DNA from: an uncultured Gemmatimonadales bacterium
GTDB taxonomy: Bacteria; Gemmatimonadota; Gemmatimonadetes; Gemmatimonadales; GWC2-71-9
Length of the DNA stretch: 64,000 bases
Assembly: GCA_963695555.1 (NCBI GenBank)
Contig: CAVOGR010000001.1
Location: 416,001 to 480,000, forward strand
Direction: 5' to 3'
How positions within the stretch are numbered: the first letter of the stretch is position 1; each line of letters starts with the position of its first letter. The notes beneath the pieces are model-generated. The model saw nothing but the letters and a program-made list of their open reading frames with translations, did not search any database and was not told where the DNA came from. Positions 62,261 to 64,000 of this stretch are shown here, in pieces. Position numbers and translations under genes: made by a program.

Positions 62261-63449
62261 TCAGTGCGAAAAGGAGGTTCTCGACGAACGTCTCGAGCTG
62301 GATCTCGAGGTGGTCGAAGCTGGTCATGCTCTCTTCGAACTCGCTCACGAAGTAGGGAATGCCTTGCTGGTCCAGGGCGCTGGGTGTAGGCGACCTGCTC
62401 CTCGAGCCCGGGCTCGCACATCTTGGCGGCCATCACGATCGCCGCGTCGGCCCCGGACTCGGCGAATGCGCTCGAGCAGCATCTCGCTCCTTGGGCTTGC
62501 GCAGGTCGTGCTGCACCGGGCTGTAGGACGATCGCTCGAGGTACGCCTCGGCGAGGTTGTCGAGCGGGTCGCCGTCGACCGAGCACGTCCTCGACGATCC
62601 AGCGCAGGCCGATCAGCAGGTCGTCGTCGACGACGTAGCAGGAGCGCCCGATCATGCGCATCAGGTCGAGCGGCGGTTGCTCGCAGAAGCCGCCCTCGAA
62701 GACGCACTCGGATCTTGTCTTGGCGCTTGGCTGCCGGCGCCGCGAGCATGGGGCAGGACTGTCCGGAGCAGCTCGTTGTGCTCTTCGCGCGGAACGAGGC
62801 CGCCGACCGCGACGAGGGCGTACGCGTCGTCCGCCGACACGAGCCACGGGGATCTCGCGCTTGAGGCGATAGAGCTCGCCGCAGCAGCGCGCGGTTCTCG
62901 TTGAAGACCGCGATCGAGCGCGCGGAGCGCGTCGTCGGTGACCGGCCGGCCCGCCACGGCCTCGATCGCGTCCGCGCAGGCGGCGTACTCGCCGCGCAGG
63001 TACTCGGCGGCGTGTGCCGAGTTGGCGTTCTGCGGCAGGTAGAGAATCTGGCAGGGGTAGGGGAAGTTCCGTCCCCAGATCGCGCGCCAGGTTGCGGGCC
63101 GCGTCGCAGATCGGATGGGTGACGAACATGTCGAGCTCGACCCGCTCGCTGAGCGACCAGCTCGAGCGAGGTCTTGAGGATCGAGCAGAGGTAGGAGCCG
63201 AAGCGCGAGTCGGCCTGCGTCGCCTCGATCGGGGCGCCACGCACCTTGAAGGGCAGCATCCCGGCGGCGTGCGCGATCTCCTCGGGGAAGTAGACCTGGA
63301 AGTGCCCGAGAACCTTGCCGCCGCCGCCGCGCCAGCGCCTGACGGTGGGGAAGTCGGTGTCCTCCACCAGCTCGCGGCACTGGTAGAGCAGCTCGTCCGA
63401 GCGGCGTGTCGCGCCACTCGGGAAAGATGACGGCAGGCCGTGTGCTCAT
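62261..63449 (-). CDS. bcrC: benzoyl-CoA reductase subunit C-like (frameshifted)
   Basis: [63 protein letters not shown] match BcrC motifs as I recall them. Confidence 0.78.
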
Positions 63450-64000
63450 TGGTGGCTCCAAACCGGAGTGCGCTTTTCCTGGAAGGCCGTGAGCCCCTCC
63501 ACGGCGTCTCGCGTTGCCATCAGCTCATCCATGTAGAGCTGGCCGACGGCATCGAGCGTCGCGTGGCGGTTTCGCTGGAGCGCCCGTTTGGCGAGTCGGA
63601 GCGCTGCGCCGCTGTGCCGGGCAATACGCTCGGCGAGGGCCGTCGCCTCGGCTGCGAGCCGGTCGTCCGGCACCACCCGCTGTACCAGCCCGATGGCATG
63701 AGCGTGCGCGGCCGAGACCGGATCGCCGGTGAAGACGATCTCCGCTGCGGCGCCGTACGGACAGCGCTCCGGGAGGATGACGCAGGCGGCCGGGGGCAGC
63801 ACACCCAACATGATTTCCGGCTGGCCGAAGACGGTGCTCTCCCCGGCGATGACGATGTCGGCGGCCTGCACCAGCTCGAAGCCGCCACCCAGGCAGCGTC
63901 CGTGCACCACGGCTACCACGGGCACGGGGCAGGCCTCGATCGCGGCGACGGTCTCGAGGAATTCGGGGATCATGTCGCGGAAGTCGGGCGGCAGGTGCTC
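63446..64000 (-). CDS. dch: enoyl-CoA hydratase, probable cyclohexa-1,5-dienecarbonyl-CoA hydratase (5' end beyond the window)
   Basis: GRCLGGGFEL, FGQPEIMLGVLPP, LYMDELMATRDAVEGL; ATGA coupling to bcrC. Confidence 0.68.
   Translation of the reverse strand, partial: EHLPPDFRDMIPEFLETVAAIEACPVPVVAVVHGRCLGGGFELVQAADIVIAGESTVFGQPEIMLGVLPPAACVILPERCPYGAAAEIVFTGDPVSAAHAHAIGLVQRVVPDDRLAAEATALAERIARHSGAALRLAKRALQRNRHATLDAVGQLYMDELMATRDAVEGLTAFQEKRTPVWSHQ

Noticed and set aside
61174..63417. 747-aa ORF as a natural BcrC-BcrB fusion
   Set aside because: It alternates between real and nonsense frames; a product of the indels
59248..63449. Programmed frameshifting or selenocysteine recoding in the bcr genes
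   Set aside because: Too many breaks, scattered, and not at canonical slippery sites or in-frame TGA at Cys positions

Overview
GC-rich, gene-dense bacterial chromosome segment from a diderm organism (waaA, TonB-dependent receptor, outer-membrane barrels). Gene content suggests Gemmatimonadota or a related FCB lineage, but that is inference only. Positions 1-46 kb are mostly housekeeping and envelope genes: atpG-atpD-atpC, waaA, dnaE-accA-ricT-metG, lipA-pdhABC-lpdA-lipB, peptidases, glycosyltransferases, a POT transporter and SCO/PCuAC/CtaG copper-assembly genes. Positions 46-51 kb hold a type IV minor-pilin cluster with candidate sigma54 and CRP-type sites and two PilX-like paralogues that share an N-terminus but differ in their C-terminal domains. 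The strongest candidate for a novel system is at the right end (57.4-64 kb, minus strand, cut by the window edge). It is an apparent class I (ATP-dependent) benzoyl-CoA reductase operon: dch-like hydratase, bcrC, bcrB, two short activase subunits, an unknown CxxC protein, had-like dehydrogenase, then hemerythrin. The four reductase genes carry many single-base frameshifts that look like consensus errors, although decay cannot be excluded. No rRNA, tRNA, CRISPR array or mobile element was recognised. All family calls come from motif recognition by eye; no database searches were run.
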